Program-made: the position numbers and the translations under genes
Shown here: in pieces, positions 24,885 through 38,016 of the stretch
How the letters are laid out: each line of letters starts with the position of its first letter
How positions within the stretch are numbered: position 1 is the stretch's first letter
Assembly (NCBI RefSeq): GCF_963921235.1
Contig: NC_086108.1
Span: 112,346,001 to 112,410,000, forward strand
Length of the DNA stretch: 64,000 nucleotides
Direction: 5' to 3'
Source of the DNA: Mobula hypostoma
Lineage: Eukaryota
Notes under the pieces: model-generated
What the model was told of the DNA's origin: nothing
Seen by the model: only the letters and a program-made list of their open reading frames with translations
Databases searched by the model: none

Positions 24885-26132
24885 AAATGAGGTTGGAAAA
24901 TAAAAATGGGGGACAAAGCGATGGCAGATGAACTAAATGAGTATTTTTCATCAGTCTTTACTGTGGAAGGCACTAGCAGCATGCCAGATAATGAAGGGTG
25001 TGGGGGAAGAGAAGTGAGTGCGGTTACTATCACAAGGAAGAAGGTGCTCAAAAAGCTGAAAGACCTAAGGGTACATAAGTCACCTGGACCAGATGAACTG
25101 CACCCTAGGGTTCTGAAAAAGGTAGCATCAGAGATTGCAGAGGCATTAGTACTGATCTTTCAAAAATCATTGGACTCTGGCATGGTGCCAGAAGACTGGA
25201 AAATTGCAAATGTCACTCTGCTCTTTAAGAAAGGAGGAGGGCAGCAGAAAGGAAATTTTAGACCAGTTAGCCAGATCTCAGTGGTTGGGAAGATGTTAGA
25301 GTCAATTGTTAAGAATGAGGTTATGGAGTACTTTGTGAGATAGGACAAGATAGGACAAAGTCAGCATGGTTTCCTTAAGGGAAATCTTGCCTGATGAACC
25401 TGGGGGAATACTTTGAGGAGATTACAAGTAGGATAGATAAAGGGGATATTGTATATTTGGACTTTCAGAAGGCCTTTGACAAGGTGCCATACAAGAGGCT
25501 GCTTACCAAGTTAAGAGCCCATGGTATTACAGAAAAGTGATTGGCATGGTTAGAGCATTGGCTGATTGGTAGGAGGCAATGAGAGGAATGAAAGGATTCT
25601 TTTCTGGTTGGCTGCCAGTGACTAGTGGTGTTCTGCAGGAGTCAGTGTTGGGACCATTTCTTTTAATACTGTAAATCAGTGATTTAGATGATGAAATAGA
25701 TGGCTTTGTTGCCAGAAGAAATGAAGATAGGTGGAGGGGCAGGTTGTGTTGAGGAAACAGGCAGGGTGCAGAAGGACTTAGACAGATTAGGAGAATGGGC
25801 AAGGAAGTGGCAAATGAAATACGTGTTAGAAAATGCATGGTCATGTACTTTGGTAGTAGAAATAACTGTGCAGACTATTTTCTAAACAGGGAGAAAATCC
25901 AAAAATCTGAGATGCAAAGGGACTTGGGAGTCCTTGTACAGAACACCCTAAAGGTTAACTTGCAGGTTGAGTCAGTGGTAGGAAGGCAAATGCAATGTTA
26001 GCATTCATTTCAAGAGGTCTAGAGTACAAGAGTAGAGATGTGATGCTGAGGCTTTATAAGGCACTGGTGAGGCCTCACCTTGAATATTGTGAACTGTTCT
26101 GGGCTTCTCATCTAAGAAAAGGTGTGCTGGCA
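24885..26132 (+). mobile_element. CR1 (subfamily A) ORF2 fragment, no 3' tail
   Basis: LNEYFSSVFT, KSPGPDELHPRVLK, EDWKIANVT. Confidence 0.9.
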
Positions 26133-26333
26133 TCGTTTGTTCAACCTATCCTAAGACCTGCTTTCCAATCCAAGCAGGGTGCTGGTGAATCTTTTCTGCA
26201 TCCTCTCTAAAGCTTCCACATCCTTCCTATAAAGAATCGACCACAACTGAGCATAGTTAATGGCTATTGGAATGAGATTCCTAAAACACTGCAGTGATAC
26301 ATGGATTATTGAGCACAAAGAGAATGTTTACAG

Positions 26334-26492
26334 TGTTGTGTGGGGCCTAAACATTGTGTAGTATCATGGGATCATTTACCCAAATGTTGTGTGGGGCCTA
26401 AACATTGTGTAGTATCATGGGATCATTTACCCAAATGTTGTGTGGGAGCTAAACGTTGTGTAGTATCATGGACCATTTACCTAAACGTTGTG
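26334..26492. repeat. Minisatellite, 51-bp unit x ~3
   Basis: tgttgtgtggggcctaaacattgtgtagtatcatgggatcatttacccaaa repeated; first two units identical. Confidence 0.95.
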
Positions 26493-27044
26493 CGACTTCT
26501 AACTTCTCATTTTAAAGAGTTGACAATCGGCTACATCTCACCACTACACATCTGACTTGCAAAAAATTACACTAGCAATCCAATTAAATAGCATTACCAA
26601 TTAAAATCTCTTTGTAAATCATTGCCACAACAATATATAAACCAGATGTTCACAGTTTTCCTGAGTGCCAAATAGTTACACTATGCAGTTCTTTATGCTG
26701 AGAATGAACTTGGCCGACTATCAGATTGCTATTCAGAAGAAGTTTGTTTCAGGGCTTTGGTTTGAAATTACAAATAGAATATTTCGCTTTTATATAACTG
26801 CCTGTAAGTTTGAACAATATTTTTGCAACTTCTTCTCTGTTGTTTCCCCAACCTCCTCCCTCCTCCTACACAATCCTTTTCATGACATTATGCAATTAAA
26901 AACTTTTCCTCTGCAGTGCTGACTGCTGTAGACAAGCTGGACAATCATGCTTGAGCATACATCATAGTTTTAAGCTAAGAACAAAATACTGTCAAGGCTG
27001 GGAAAGCTGAACAGAGAACAGTGGAGTCAGAATCAGGTTTAATA

Positions 27045-28180
27045 GACCTTACACATTGAAAAGTAGGGCACTGAGGAGTGTGGTGGGAATACAGATCCAT
27101 AATTCAATGAGGGTGGCGCCACAGGTAGACATGGTTGTAAAAAGAGCTTTTGGCACATTGGCCTTCAAAATCTGTGTATTGAGTACATGAGTTGAGATAT
27201 GATGTTGAAATTGTATAAAATGTTGGTGAGGTCTAATGTGGAGTATTGTGTCCAGTTCTGGTCACTTACTACAGGAAATATTTAAATAAGATTGAAAGAG
27301 TGCAGAGAAAATTTACAACGATGTTGCCAGGCCGTAAGGACTTGAGTTATATGGAAAGGTTTAATAGATTAGAACTATATTCCCTAGAATGCAGAAGAAT
27401 GAGGAGAGACTTGATAGAGGCATACAAAATTATGAGGAGTATAGATAGGGTAAATGCAAACGGGCTTTTGCCACTGAGCAACACACATCAAAGTTGCTGA
27501 TGAACGCAGCAGGCCAGGCAGCATCTCTAGGAAGAGGTACAGTCAACGTTTCGGGCTGAGACCCTTCATCAGGACTGACGAAGGGTCTCAGCCCGAAACG
27601 TTGACTGTATCTCTTCCTAGAGATGCTGCCTGGCCTGCTGTGTTCACCAGCAACTTTGATGTGTGTTGCTTGAATTTCCAGCATCTGCAGAATTCCTCGT
27701 GTTCACGTTTCTCCACTGAGGCTGGGTGAGACTAAACTAGAAGTCATGGGTTAAGGGTGAAAGGTGAACTGCTTAAGGGGAAAATGAAGGGGTATCTCTT
27801 CACTCTAAGTGAGGTGAGAGTGCGGAATGAGCAGCCAGTGGAAGTGGTGGATTCATTTATTGATATTCAGCATGGAATAGGCCCTTTCAGCCCTTCGAGC
27901 TGCCCAGTCGGCAAACCTCCAATTTAATCCCTGCCTAATCACTGGACAATTTACAGTGACCAATTAACCTACCAACTGGTGTGTCTTTGGGTTGTGAGAG
28001 GAAACCCGTGCAGGCACGGGGAGAATGTACAAACTCCTTATAGGCAGTGGCAAAATTGAACCCCGGTCGCCTGTACCGTAAAGCATTGTGCTAACCACCA
28101 CACTACCATGCTGCCCCTGTGGGTTTGATTTCAACATTCAAGAGAAATTTGGATAGTTACATGAATGGGAAGGGTATGAA
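27045..28180 (+). mobile_element. Old CR1 3' fragment hosting a fold-back PLE and a V-SINE
   Basis: IERVQRKFTTMLPG...RRMRRDLIEAYKIM. Confidence 0.75.
27479..27712. mobile_element. Fold-back Penelope-like insertion with hammerhead cores on both strands
   Basis: ~95-bp inverted arms (~27477-27572 and ~27575-27670); TSD ccactgag (27471-27478, 27713-27720). Confidence 0.85.
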
Positions 28181-28189
28181 GATCCACAG

Positions 28190-29607
28190 TTTAATAATAA
28201 TAATGATGATAATAATAACAACAATAAATACTTCATTGATCCCAAGTGGGAAATGCTTTCGTTACAGAAGCAACATTTAAAACACACTTAGCAGTGTGCA
28301 GACTTAACTAATAATAGATAATAATATACACAGTAATAATTTACTAATGTGCAATACTGTGCAATAATAATGAGTGAAATAATAAAACAGAGACTATTGT
28401 ACTATGATGTGTGTTCTCCTGTCACAGAGATGAACTGTTGTACAGGCTTATTGCATTTGGTAAGAAAGATTTTCTTAAGAGCAGAGATCTTGTGACAGCA
28501 GTGCTGAATACGTCTGTTCAAAAGGGTGCTCCAATGTTTATTCAGTAGATCATGGAGAGGATGGGTCAGATTGTCCCTAATGGATAACGGTCTATTTAGT
28601 GACCTCTTCTCTGACACTAACTCAAAAGAGTCCGGGTTGTAGCCAAGTCCTTTTTGATGAGTTTATTTATTCACCAGCACCAATGCTGCTCCCCCAACGT
28701 AAAGGCACAAAGAAGACTACACTTGCTACAACAGACTGGTAAAAGATCTCCAACATCCTGCTGCACACATTGAACGATCTCAGCTTCCTTAGAAAATAAA
28801 GTCTGCTCATCTCCTTCTTCTAAACAGCCTTGGTGTTGGTTTTCCAGTCAATTCTGTTGTCTAGGTGAACTCCCAAGTATTTGTACTCTTCCACCACCCC
28901 GATGTCTTCTCCTAGAATGTATACAGGATCATCACAGTCCTCTTCCTCCTAAAATCAACTACCATCTCCCTGGTTTTGGCTACATTCAGGAGCAGGTGAC
29001 TCCTTCCACACCACTCCACAAACTTGTCCGCCAGTCCTCTGTACTCTGACTCCTGCTCCTTTCTGTTACACCCAACCACCGCAGAGTCATCAGAGAACTG
29101 CTGCGAGTGACAAGACTCAGATTTATACTGGAAATCTGAGGAGTACAGTGTGAACAGAAACAAAGAAAAGATAGTCCTTTGTGGTGCTCCAGTGCCACTC
29201 ACCACCATCTCAGACAGAGAACTACCCAGCCGTACAAACTGGAGTCTATCTGTCAGGTAGGCAGTAATCCAGGAGATAGTGGATTTGTCTACACCCATCC
29301 TTTGCAGCTTCTCACTCAAAAGAAGTGGCTGGATTGTATGGAAGGCACTGGAGAAATCAAAAAATGTGATTTTCACAATGCCACCAGCATCATCCAGGTG
29401 GGAGTGAGCTCTCTGCACAAAGTAGGTGATGGCATCGTCCACTCCCACATGAGGTTGGTAGGCAAACTGTAGAAAGTTCAATGAAGATCTCACCTGCGGT
29501 CCAAGGTAAGTCAGGACCAACCTCCCCAGCACCTTCATCACATGAGATGTGATGGTAATTGGTCTGAAGTCATTAAGTTCCGGTGAGTTCTTTAGTACAG
29601 GAACCAA
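28190..29607 (-). mobile_element. Rex1/Babar-like LINE (second family) RT fragment
   Basis: NDFRPITITSHVMK...LQFAYQPHVGVDDA...FFDFSSAFHTIQP...FSDDSAVVG; (taa)n tail. Confidence 0.9.
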
Positions 29608-30706
29608 ACAGGTTCAATGGGATTAGGCAGAATAATGGTTCAGCCCCAAATTCAAAGAATCAAATCAGATCCAGAATCGTGTTTATTATCACTGACATAT
29701 ATGGTGAAATTTGTTGTAACATATTTAAAAAGCTACAAATTGCAATATATAGTATACAAAAATAGTGAGTTAGTATTCATGGGTTCATTGTCTATTCAAA
29801 ATCTGATGGCAGAGAGGAAGAAGCTGTTCCTGAAATGTGTGTCTTCAGGCCCCTGTACCTTCACCTTGATGGTAGCAATGAGAAGAGGGCATGTCCTGGG
29901 CAATGGGGGTCCTTAATGATGGTGCTGTCTTTTTGAGGCATCGCCTTTTGAAATTGCCCTGGATGCTGGGAAGATCAGTGCCTATGATGAAGCTAGCTGA
30001 GTTTACAACTTCCTGCAGCTTTTTCCGATCCTGTGCAGTAGCCCCTCCATTCCAGTTAGAGAGCTGTCCACAGTGCATCTGTAGAAATTTATGAGATTCT
30101 TTGGTGACATACCAAAATGAAATCTAGAGAGAGAGAGAGAGAACAATGCAAATAATATTTTGGGTTGATTTGAAGAAGCTAGCCAGTGAATAGAAGTTAT
30201 TTGATTCAGTTTAAGATTTATTTATTAAATGTACATTGGAACATACAATGAAATGCATCATTTGTGTTAACAACCAGCGCATAAGGGTGTCCTGGGGAAG
30301 CCCATAAGTGTTGCCACACATTCCGGTGCCAACGTAGCATACCCACAATGCTCGACAGAATAACGCAAGCAACAACAACTAAACAAACTTCTTAAAATGG
30401 GAAAGAGATTAAAGATTAACTTTATTTGTCACATGTACATCGAAACGTACAGTGAAATTAATTTTGTGTCAAATCAAATCAGTGAGGATTCTGCTGGGTA
30501 GCCTGCAACTGCCACCACGCTTCCTGTGTCATCATAGTATGTCCACAATTTACTAATCCTAACTGTACATCTTTGAAATGTGGGAGGCATCTGGAGGAAA
30601 CCCGTGTGGTCATGGGGAGAATGAAAGTGGCAGAAATCAAAACCCAGCTTAAATCTAGTGCTGTGCTAACCACTATGTTCCTGTACCACCCTCCCACCTG
30701 CTCTCC

Positions 30707-30712
<6 letters not shown>

Positions 30713-30761
<49 letters not shown>
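30713..30761. repeat. (CA)n microsatellite
   Basis: Pure CA run. Confidence 0.95.
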
Positions 30762-30765
<4 letters not shown>

Positions 30766-31169
30766 GGCCTCCAACCTCAGCTTAGGTCACTTCTGGGCCT
30801 CCAGTTCCTGGCTGAGACTTGCAGACGTTGAGCCTCTGCCCTCTGGACAAGCTACCCTGGAGCTTTGATCTTCTGGCCTTCATCTTCAGACTTCCATATT
30901 CAGCCTTTCTTCAGTTTTGTCATGAGCCACAAAATCACAGGCCTTTCAGCCCCCTAATGAACTTCAAATGGCTACCTATACTAATCCCAAACACTAGCAC
31001 ATGGTCCATAGCCTTGGTGATCTAAGTGCGTCCAGATACTTGTCCAAAGTTCAAAGTAAATTTATTATCAATTTACTTATAAATTGCCGTATACAATCCT
31101 GAGATTCATTTTCTTGTAGGCATTCACAGTAAATACAAAAGAAACACAATAGAATCGATAAAAGACTGC

Positions 31170-31530
31170 TCCTGTTGCTCTGGTAGGCAAATTAGAGTGG
31201 ATTCAAGTTGCTTCTTAGGCAAGAGTTGATAGGTTTCATCACCAACCTCTCAAAGCACTTCATCACTGTGGATATAAGTTCAACTAGATGATAGTCATTG
31301 AGGTAGGTTACCACATTCTTCTTAGGCACCAATATAATTGAAGCCTGATTGAAGCAGGTAGGTACCTCAGACTGTCAAAATGAGAGTTTAAAGTTCTCAG
31401 TGAACACGCCAGTTAGTTGATCGGTACAGGTCTTTAGAACTTGGCCTGATACCACATCTGGGCCAGATGCTTTCCATGGGTTCACCCTCCTGGAGGATGG
31501 TCTCACATCAGCCTCAGAGACTGACATCTT
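31170..31530 (-). mobile_element. Rex1/Babar-like RT fragment
   Basis: VSEADVR...WKASGPDVVSGQVLKTCTDQLTGVFT. Confidence 0.8.
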
Positions 31531-32117
31531 TATAGAGCCTCTGCCTTCACCATCCACCACTCTAGAGTAATCCAGATTTCTCTCCGCCTGGATTTTCTCA
31601 TCCACTGTTTCCATTTCAGATCTCCAAGCATTGACAATATTTTCCTCTTGGTTTGTTCTGGTGCCCATGACTGTCCACGCTGACAGCATTCCAGAGTCCA
31701 ATAAACCGGCCCTCCCCTCCCCGAAGAAATGATTTTCCTCAGACCCTCTCTGAGCCACTTACTCCTCACCTTAAAACTATGCCGGTAGCATAACGGTTAG
31801 ATCGACACTATTACAGCTTGGGACGTCAGAGTTCAAGGCCTGTTCTGCGCTACATCTCCAAATAAAAGTAAATATCCTATACTCTAAGACAACTCAATTT
31901 TTATTCAGGTGCAGAATCAGGCAAAGGAGGTGGAGGAAGATCAAAGTCACAGCCAAGTTCATTGTCCATGTGCGCACAGGAATAATGAAAAACTTACAGC
32001 AGCATCACTGGCACAGAGCATCCACAAGGAAAACATACACATTATCCATAAGAAAACACAAGCAGAATGAAAAAAAGTCCATTTTAGTGCAAAGTGATCA
32101 AAGTGGCCACCATGACA

Positions 32118-33038
32118 GCAGAAGGACTTAGACAAATTAGGAGAATGGATATGAAAGTGGCAAATGAAATACAATGTTGGAAAATGCATGGTCATGCACT
32201 TTGGAATATGCAGGCTATTTTCTAAACAGGGGGAAAATCCAAAAATCTGAGATGCAAAGGGACTTGAGAATCCTTGTGCAGAACACCCTAAAGGTTAACT
32301 TGCAGGTAGAGTCGGCGGTAAGGAAAGCGAATGCCATGTTAGCATTCATTTTAAGAGGTCTAGAATACAAGAGCAAGGATGTGATGCTGGGGCTTTATAA
32401 GGCATTGGTGAGGCTTCACTTTAAGTATTGTAAACAGTTTTGGACTCCTCATCTAAGAAAAGATGTGCTGGCATTGTGGAGGGTTCAGAGGAGGTTTACA
32501 AGGATAATTCCAGGAATGAAAGCAATATTATATGAGGAACGTTTGATGGCTCTGGACCTGTACTCACTGGAATTTAGAGGGCTGAGTTGGATCTCATTGA
32601 AACCTTTTCAATGTTGAAAGGCCTAGACAGAGTAGATGTGAAAAGGTTGTTTCCCATGATGGGGGAGTCTAGGACAAGAGGGCACAGCCTCAGGATAGAG
32701 GGGCATCTATTTAAAACAGAGGTGCAGAGAAATTTCTTTAGCCTAAGGTGGTAGAATTTGTGAAATCTGTTATCATAGGTGGCTATGGAGGCCAGGTCAT
32801 TGGGTGTATTTAAGGAAGAGCTTGATAGGTTCTTGACTGGCTATGGCATCAAAAGTTACAAGGAGAAGGCCAGAGAATGGGGTTGAGGAGGGGAAAAAAA
32901 GGATCAGTCATGACTGAATGGCAGAGCAGGCTCGATATGCCGAATGGCCTAATTATACATAATCATAGTCATAGTCATACTTTATTGATCCCGGGGGAAA
33001 TTACTCCTGTGTCTTATGGTTTTATGGTCTTATGGTCT
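32118..33038 (+). mobile_element. CR1 (subfamily A) 3' fragment inserted in a Rex1-type tail repeat
   Basis: KANAMLAFILRGLEYKSKDVML; (tcttatgg)n tail; host repeat resumes at gctaaactgtag. Confidence 0.9.
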
Positions 33039-34949
33039 TGCTAAACTGTAGTAATTAGGGTTGTGTTGGTTGGTTCAAGAACCGAATGTTTGAAAGTAAG
33101 TAGCTGTTCTTGAACTAGGTGATGTGGGACTTCAGGCTTCTGTACTTCCTGCCTGGTGGTAGCTGCAAGTAGATGTCATGTTCAGGGTGCTGGGGATCTT
33201 TGATGGTGGATGCTACCTTGCTGAGGCAGCACCTCAACATTTGTTGAATAAATGTTATTTATTCAGTTTCAGGTTCAAATTCGGGTTTGGATTCAGGTTT
33301 GTATATCGTCATAAATATCCACCAAAGGTGCAATGAAATTCCTGAGACATAAGAGATTCTGCAGATGCTGGAAATCTTGAACATAGACCACTACAGCACA
33401 GTCCAGACCCTTCAACCCATGATGTTGTGCCACCTTTTTAACCTACCTGAAGTCTTTTCAACTTAAGAGTGCCTGCAAGGAGTTCTCCCTATGACTGTGT
33501 AGGTTTCCTCTGGGTGCTCCAGTTTCCTCCCACACTCCAAAGACATATGGTTAAGGTTAGTGAGTTGTGGCCATGTTATATTGGTGCTGGAAGCATGGCA
33601 ATCAGAAAACATGATCAGATCAAAAGAAGTACATTTTAGTGCAAAGTAGTCTTAAACTGAGGTAGTGATTAGGGTTGAGCCAGTTGATTCAAAAACCGAA
33701 TGATTCAAGGGAAATATCTGTTCCCGTGCCTGATGGTGCTTTTGCACCTCCTGCCTGATAAGACTATAAGATATAGGAGCAGGATTAGGTCAATTGACCC
33801 ATTGAGTCTGCTCCGCCATTTCATCATGGTTGATCCATTTTTCCTCTCAGTCCCAGTTTCTTGCCTTCCCCCATATCCCTTCATGCCCTGACCAGTCAAG
33901 AATCTGGTCTGCCTTCAATATACATAAAGACTTGGCCTCCACAACTGCCTGTAGCAATGAATTCCACAGATTCACAACTCTTTAGCTAAAAAAAAACCTC
34001 AACTCCATTCTAAAAGTATGCCCCTCTATTTTGAGGCTGTGTTCTCTCGTCTTAGATACTCCCACCACAATGAGAGCTGTGAGAAGATGGCATGGCCCAG
34101 ACACTTGCAGGCTGCCAAGCACAATCCTCATTGATTTGATTTGATGTAAACAATGTATTTCACTCTATGTTTCAATGAACCGCACATGTGACAAATACGT
34201 AAAGCCAATCTTTAATCTTTAATGCTTCTTGCAGAACATTTTGTTATTTAAATAGTTGGATATGAATTCAAGTTATGTTTTAAACAACTTAACAAAAAGA
34301 AAATCACCATTCTCTAGAATTACCCAGTTGTGTGGGTTTATGGAAGGTTTCCCATTTGTCAGGGTATGAAATGAATTATTGAGAAATGTAACTGAACCAG
34401 CAATTGCCTCTGAAGTCAAAACTCTTGCCTGGTCATTTTTCACGTCACTGTGACATGTTGAGTCTATAGCTCGAACTTAAAAGCAAAGTCAAAAACCAGG
34501 TTAACAGTTACATTTTTCATATTTTGTTTGACCTATTGAATCTTCTCTAGCTTTCAGAAGAATCTCGTGACTCACACTTTAATTTTCTCTTGTACGTTGA
34601 AACATACAGTGAAATGCATTGTTTGTATCAAATCAAATTGGCGAGGATTGTGCTGGGGATAGCCCGTAGGTTTCATCAGGTTTCTGGTGCCAACATTGCA
34701 TGTCCACAACTCACTAAGCCTAACACGTAGGTCTTTGAAATGTGGGAGGAAACCGGAGCACCCAGGGAAAACTCACATGGTCAGAGGAAACACATGCGAA
34801 CTCCACATGGACAGTGCTGGAGGTAGGAATCAAACCCTGGTCTCTGGCACTATAACACCCCTATCTGCTGCACCACTCTCATAGCTGGTCCTGTTTCTCA
34901 TCCACTGTCCTGCTTTGAAGAATCAAGGATCAACTTTATCCACCATACA

Positions 34950-36249
34950 CAGTGGCATGCAAAGGTTTGGGCACCCCTGGTCAAAATTTCTGTTACTGTG
35001 AATAGCTAAGCGAGTAAAAGATGACCCGATTTCCAAAAGGCATAAAGTTAAGGGTGACACATTTCTTTAATATTTTAAGCAAGAAAACTTTTTTATTTCC
35101 ATCTTTTACAGTTTCAAAATAACAAAAAAGGATAAGGCCCCAAAGCAAAAGTTTGGGCACCCTGCATGGTCAGTACTTAGTAACACCCCCTTTAGCAAGT
35201 ATCACAGCTTGTAAACGCTTTCTGTAGCCAGCTAAGAGTCTTTCAATTCTTGTTTGGGGAATTTTCGTCCATTCTTCCTTGCAAAAGGCTTCTAGTTCTG
35301 TGAGATTCTTGGGCCATCTTGCGTGCACTGCTCTTTTGAGGCTTATCCACAGATTTTCGATGATGTTTGGGTCAGGGGACTGTGAGGGCCATGGCAAAAC
35401 CTTCAGCTTGCGCCTCTTGAGGTAGTCCATTGTGGATTTTGAGGTGTGTTTTGGATCAATATCCTGTTGTAGAAGCCATCCTCTATTCATCTTCAGCTTT
35501 TTTACAGACAGAGTGATGTTTTCTTCCAGAATTTGTTGGTATTTAATTGAATTCATTCTTTTCTCTACCAGTGAAATGTTCCCCGTGCCATAGGCTGCAA
35601 CACAAACCCAAAGCATGATCGATCCACCCCCGAGCTTAACAGTTGGAGAGGTGTTCTTTTCATGAAATTCTGCACCCTTTTTTCTCCAAACATACCTCTG
35701 CTCATTGCAGCCAAAAAGTTCTATTTTAACTTCATCAGTCTACAGGACTTGTTTTCAAAATGCATCATGCTTATTTAGATGTTCCTTTGCAAACTTCTGA
35801 TGCCAAATTTTGTGGTGAGGACGCAGGAAAGGTTTTCTTCTGATGACTCTTCTAGGTTATCTTTGTGCATGGCTGCTGATTGTTGGGACAAGGTTTGAGG
35901 AGTCAGGGTATTTATGAAGCTTTGAAATTTGCATCACCTGGCCTTTCCTAACGATGACTGTGATCAAGCCATAGCCCTAACAAGCTAATTAAGGTCTGAG
36001 ACCTTGGTAAAAGTTATCTGAGAGCTCAAATCTCTTGGGGTGCCCAAACTTTTGCATAGTGCTGCTTTCCTTTTTTTCACTCTAAAATTGTACAAAACAA
36101 AAATACTACACTAATCTTGCTTAAAATGTTGAAAAGAATGTTTCATCTTTAACTTTATGTCTTTTGGAGATCACTTCATCTTTACTCACTTAACTATTCA
36201 CAGTAACAGAAATTTTGACCAGGGGTGCCCAAACTTTTGCATGTCGCCG
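34950..36249 (-). mobile_element. Tc1 DNA transposon, IR/DR type, internally deleted
   Basis: ~210-bp TIRs, each with two caaaagtttgggcaccc direct repeats; TA on the right (left TA appears mutated to CA). Confidence 0.9.
35170..35852 (-). pseudogene. Tc1 transposase catalytic domain (DD34E); stop codons, N-terminus deleted
   Basis: RKPFL...VL*TDE...QQD-x34-E with WPSQSPDPNIIE; ends KGGVTKY. Confidence 0.9.
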
Positions 36250-36444
36250 TACATTTACATGTATCAGAAGCTTGCTGTAGTGTGTTGGCCAGGGCGCAAC
36301 AAAAACCAACATTTAACAATTATAAAGAATAAAAGTAAAGTTGGAGGTTAAAGTACAGATTGAGAATAAAATGTGCATAAATACATAAATATCACTTACA
36401 ATGTAAACAGCATTATTAAAGTATTTGCAGTGCCGTGATGGGGA

Positions 36445-36700
36445 ACTCCACCATGCGTGTTCCCATCCCACCTGCGAAAGAAGGAAGGTTGGTCACGGGG
36501 CTAACAACCCCTCCCCGTAAAAGCCTCCCCTCCCCGTAAAAGCCTAGAACTAGAGAAACTCCAACAGAAACTCCGAAGACCTCATCCTTGGGAGAAGAAG
36601 GATCTTCAAAGATGGGCTACAAATGGGACAACTTGAAGGACTGGCCCAGAACAGAGAACTCAGGTGAGCTGCTGTCAGAGGGTTTAAGAAGAAGAAAAAG
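36445..36700 (+). mobile_element. Bipartite RTE-derived short element
   Basis: ggttggtcacggggctaacaacccctccccgtaaaa (RTE 5' UTR-like) joined to an RTE 3' remnant; (aag)n tail. Confidence 0.55.
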
Positions 36701-37444
36701 AAGCAGTTATGGGAGTAATAGCAGGGTGTGAGGGTGCAAACTAGGATAGTTGATCAGATTAACTTCCTGAGAGAAGAAACTTTTAAGATTTTTTTTTGTT
36801 TTAATAGCCCTATAGTGCTTTCCAGAAGGGAACTTTTGGAAGAGGCAATTTGCAGGGGTCTCCATCGGAGACTGATTATTCCAGTGGTATGGAACCACTA
36901 ATCACTCAGAGTGCCAATTACGTTTAATGGAGATGCTGTAACCCATGTGTGAAATTCATCCTTGCAAGAATGTTTTCTTGCCTTATAACATGATACTTGA
37001 TTATTGACACCACTGTGGTTCTGTTGAGCTAACAGTTCAGCAAGAATGTCTGGTGCCATAGTACAGATGTGGATTATTTGAGCAAAATCTGTTACCAAAT
37101 ATTACATAGAATATAGAACCGTACAGCACAGTACTGGCCCTTCAGCCCAAAATGTTGTGCCGACCTTTCAATCTAACCACTCCCTCCCATATAGTCCTCC
37201 ATTTTTCTATCATTCATGTGTCTACCTACGAGTTTTCAAATTGTCCCTAATGTATCGCTTCATCACCACCCCCGGCAGTGCATTTTATAGGCTGAGAATG
37301 TGTATGTAGAACATAGAACATTCCAGCACAATACAAGACTTTTGGTTCACAACCTATGCCAACTTTTTAACCTACTCTAAGATCAGTCTTCAACTTCTCT
37401 GCTGGGGAGATCAAAGCCCGCTGTCTGCAGGCCCGAGCACATGC

Positions 37445-37673
37445 TGAAGCACCTTCAATTACTACAAAAGACTGAGGTTTGGTAAAATACTGAAAGGCTT
37501 TTATTCGCTGTACAATACGACCTCCGCAGTGACTGTCTGCCCCCGGACTGAGGGGGAGGGGCAAGGTGAACACCTTTATACAGGACTCTGTGAGAGGAGC
37601 CACAGGGGCAGTCAGCAGAGGGGTATGTCCAGACAGGTAACCGAGTTACAACATATATACATGGTTTACCACA
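37445..37673 (-). mobile_element. Solo LTR (229 bp)
   Basis: TG...CA termini; 5-bp TSD catgc (37440-37444, 37674-37678); minus-strand TATAAA and AATAAA in the expected order. Confidence 0.85.
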
Positions 37674-37973
37674 CATGCCCACTGGAGGCCTGTCCTGGGG
37701 TTAAAGGACTGAGGAACGGAGCTTGGACCTGCTGTTGTTCATTGTGTTCTGTGTTGGTCTGTAGAACAATGTGGTCATGTTATGTTGATGCAGGAATGTG
37801 TGGCGCCACTTGCAGGCTGCCCCCAGTTAACACAAACAACGCATTTCACTGTATGTTTTGGTGTACAGGTGATAAATAATCTTAATCTTGAATCTAATTC
37901 GTTCCTTCAACATAGTCCTCCGGTTTTCTATCAAAGATGTGCCGATCTAAGAATTTCTTAAATGTCCCTAATG

Positions 37974-38016
37974 CAGGGGTTCCCAACCTGGCATAAGAAA
38001 AGTTTGGGAACCCCTG
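37974..38016. mobile_element. 43-bp hAT (Charlie/Buster-type) micro-MITE
   Basis: Perfect 13-bp TIR caggggttcccaa; 8-bp TSD ccctaatg with central TA (37966-37973, 38017-38024). Confidence 0.9.

Noticed and set aside
26340..26555. Cys-rich repeat protein ORF
   Set aside because: It is only the translation of a 51-bp minisatellite; no splice or homology support
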